DNA from: Guillardia theta CCMP2712
Lineage: Eukaryota > Protista > Cryptophyta
Direction of reading: 5' to 3'
DNA: 64,000 bases
Assembly: GCF_000315625.1 (NCBI RefSeq)
Contig: NW_005434597.1
Coordinates: 126,382-190,381 of the forward strand
Part shown: in pieces, positions 63,131 through 64,000 of the stretch
How the letters are laid out: every line of letters begins with the position of its first letter
How positions within the stretch are numbered: position 1 is the first letter of the stretch
The notes under the pieces: model-generated
What the model saw: only the letters and a program-made list of their open reading frames with translations
Told to the model about the DNA's origin: nothing
Database searches by the model: none
Position numbers and translations under genes: made by a program

Positions 63131-64000
63131 TCTCCCTCTCCCTCTCCCTCTCCCTCTCCCTCTCCCTCCCGCTCCCCTGCTGACTTGGTATGATTTCCCA
63201 GGTCGATCTGCTGGTCAGAACCTCAGGAGAGACGAGGCTCAGCGACTTTCTGCTCTGGCAATCCGCCTGTGCCTGCGTTCAGTTCCAACCGGTCTTGTGG
63301 CCAGGTCTCCTCCTCCATTCTCCCTCTCCCCTCATGTCCTCCTCCCTCCTCCCTCCTCCTTCCTCCCTTTCTCCCTCCTCCCTCCTCCCTCCTCCCTCCC
63401 TCCTCCCTCCCTCCCTCCTCCCTCCTCCCTCCCTCCTCCCTCCCTCCTTCTCCCTTCTCCCTCCTACCTCCTTGTCCTTCTGATCTGCTCCCCCTTTTCT
63501 TCTTCATTTCTCTCTCAATCTCCTTGTATCCTTCCATAATCTTTAGCCTCCACCCGTTTCCATGATCATCCATCCTCCCATCCATCCTCCCCCCTCCCCT
63601 TCTTCCCCCCTTCCTGCTCTTTTCGTTATTCCTTCCTGATTCTTGTCCTCTAGACTTCTCCCTCTGGCATCTCGCCTCTGCCATCCTCCAATACCAGCGC
63701 TCCTTCTCCGACCTTCAAGCTACTCGCCGCCGCTCCGAGCTTAACGGAAGGGAGCAGGAGGTACTCGCTCTACATCCTCCTCCTCTTCCTCCTCCTCCTC
63801 CTCCTGAACGTCTCCTTGTCTCCTCCTCCTCCTCCTCCTCCTCCCCTTGGCTCTTTCTGTCCTTTCTCTTCTCTCTGCTAAGGAGCACACCAGGAGGACA
63901 GGAGCGTCTCAGTTCGGAAAGCAGAGTACTTGAAAAGACTGGAGGACCGAAGGAAATCCTTCATCCTCAGGTTCCTTGCGATACCTCCCTTGTCGTCACT
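61444..64000 (+). CDS. DHDDS: cis-prenyltransferase (dehydrodolichyl diphosphate synthase, Rer2/DHDDS type); multi-exon, spans an assembly gap, start and end uncertain
   Basis: [91 protein letters not shown] and [20 protein letters not shown]. Confidence 0.9.
61942..62041. other. Assembly gap (100 N)
   Basis: Run of N following a GA microsatellite. Confidence 1.
63016..63176. repeat. (CCTGCT)n and (CTCTCC)n intronic microsatellites
   Basis: About 13 copies of cctgct followed by ctctcc repeats, inside a DHDDS intron. Confidence 0.9.

Overview
Gene-dense eukaryotic nuclear DNA with many short (about 40-55 nt) GT-AG introns and CT/GA-rich low-complexity tracts. The intron style, a bipartite AxA|F plastid leader and an LRLRGG leader point to a cryptophyte such as Guillardia theta or a relative (inference). 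The window is dominated by one ~35 kb gene (12969-48084, +). The three huge ORFs (1009, 4614 and 6047 aa) join in frame across two small introns (15961-16014 and 29923-29965) to give a single predicted secreted protein of about 11,670 aa (~1.3 MDa). Its modules are a galactose-binding/lectin head, a phage/giant-virus-style Gly-rich domain, many beta-sandwich repeats, FN3, EPTP-like propeller, IPT/TIG, REJ/PKD with an inserted LamG, a degenerate GPS, and LysM-like C-terminal modules, with no visible membrane anchor. Other genes: a plastid-targeted bestrophin-like channel with an EF-hand pair inserted at the Ca-clasp-equivalent loop plus a SAM tail, TOP6A/SPO11-3, a CxHG...CxxCGG repeat zinc-finger protein, an NPHP4-like protein, MIOS (GATOR2), an ankyrin protein with an LRLRGG leader, a cis-prenyltransferase interrupted by a 100-N gap, and several hypothetical genes. 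GGGGTA motif clusters mark three divergent intergenic regions. No RNA genes, CRISPR arrays or recognisable transposases were seen. All domain calls are by eye from motifs; no searches were run.
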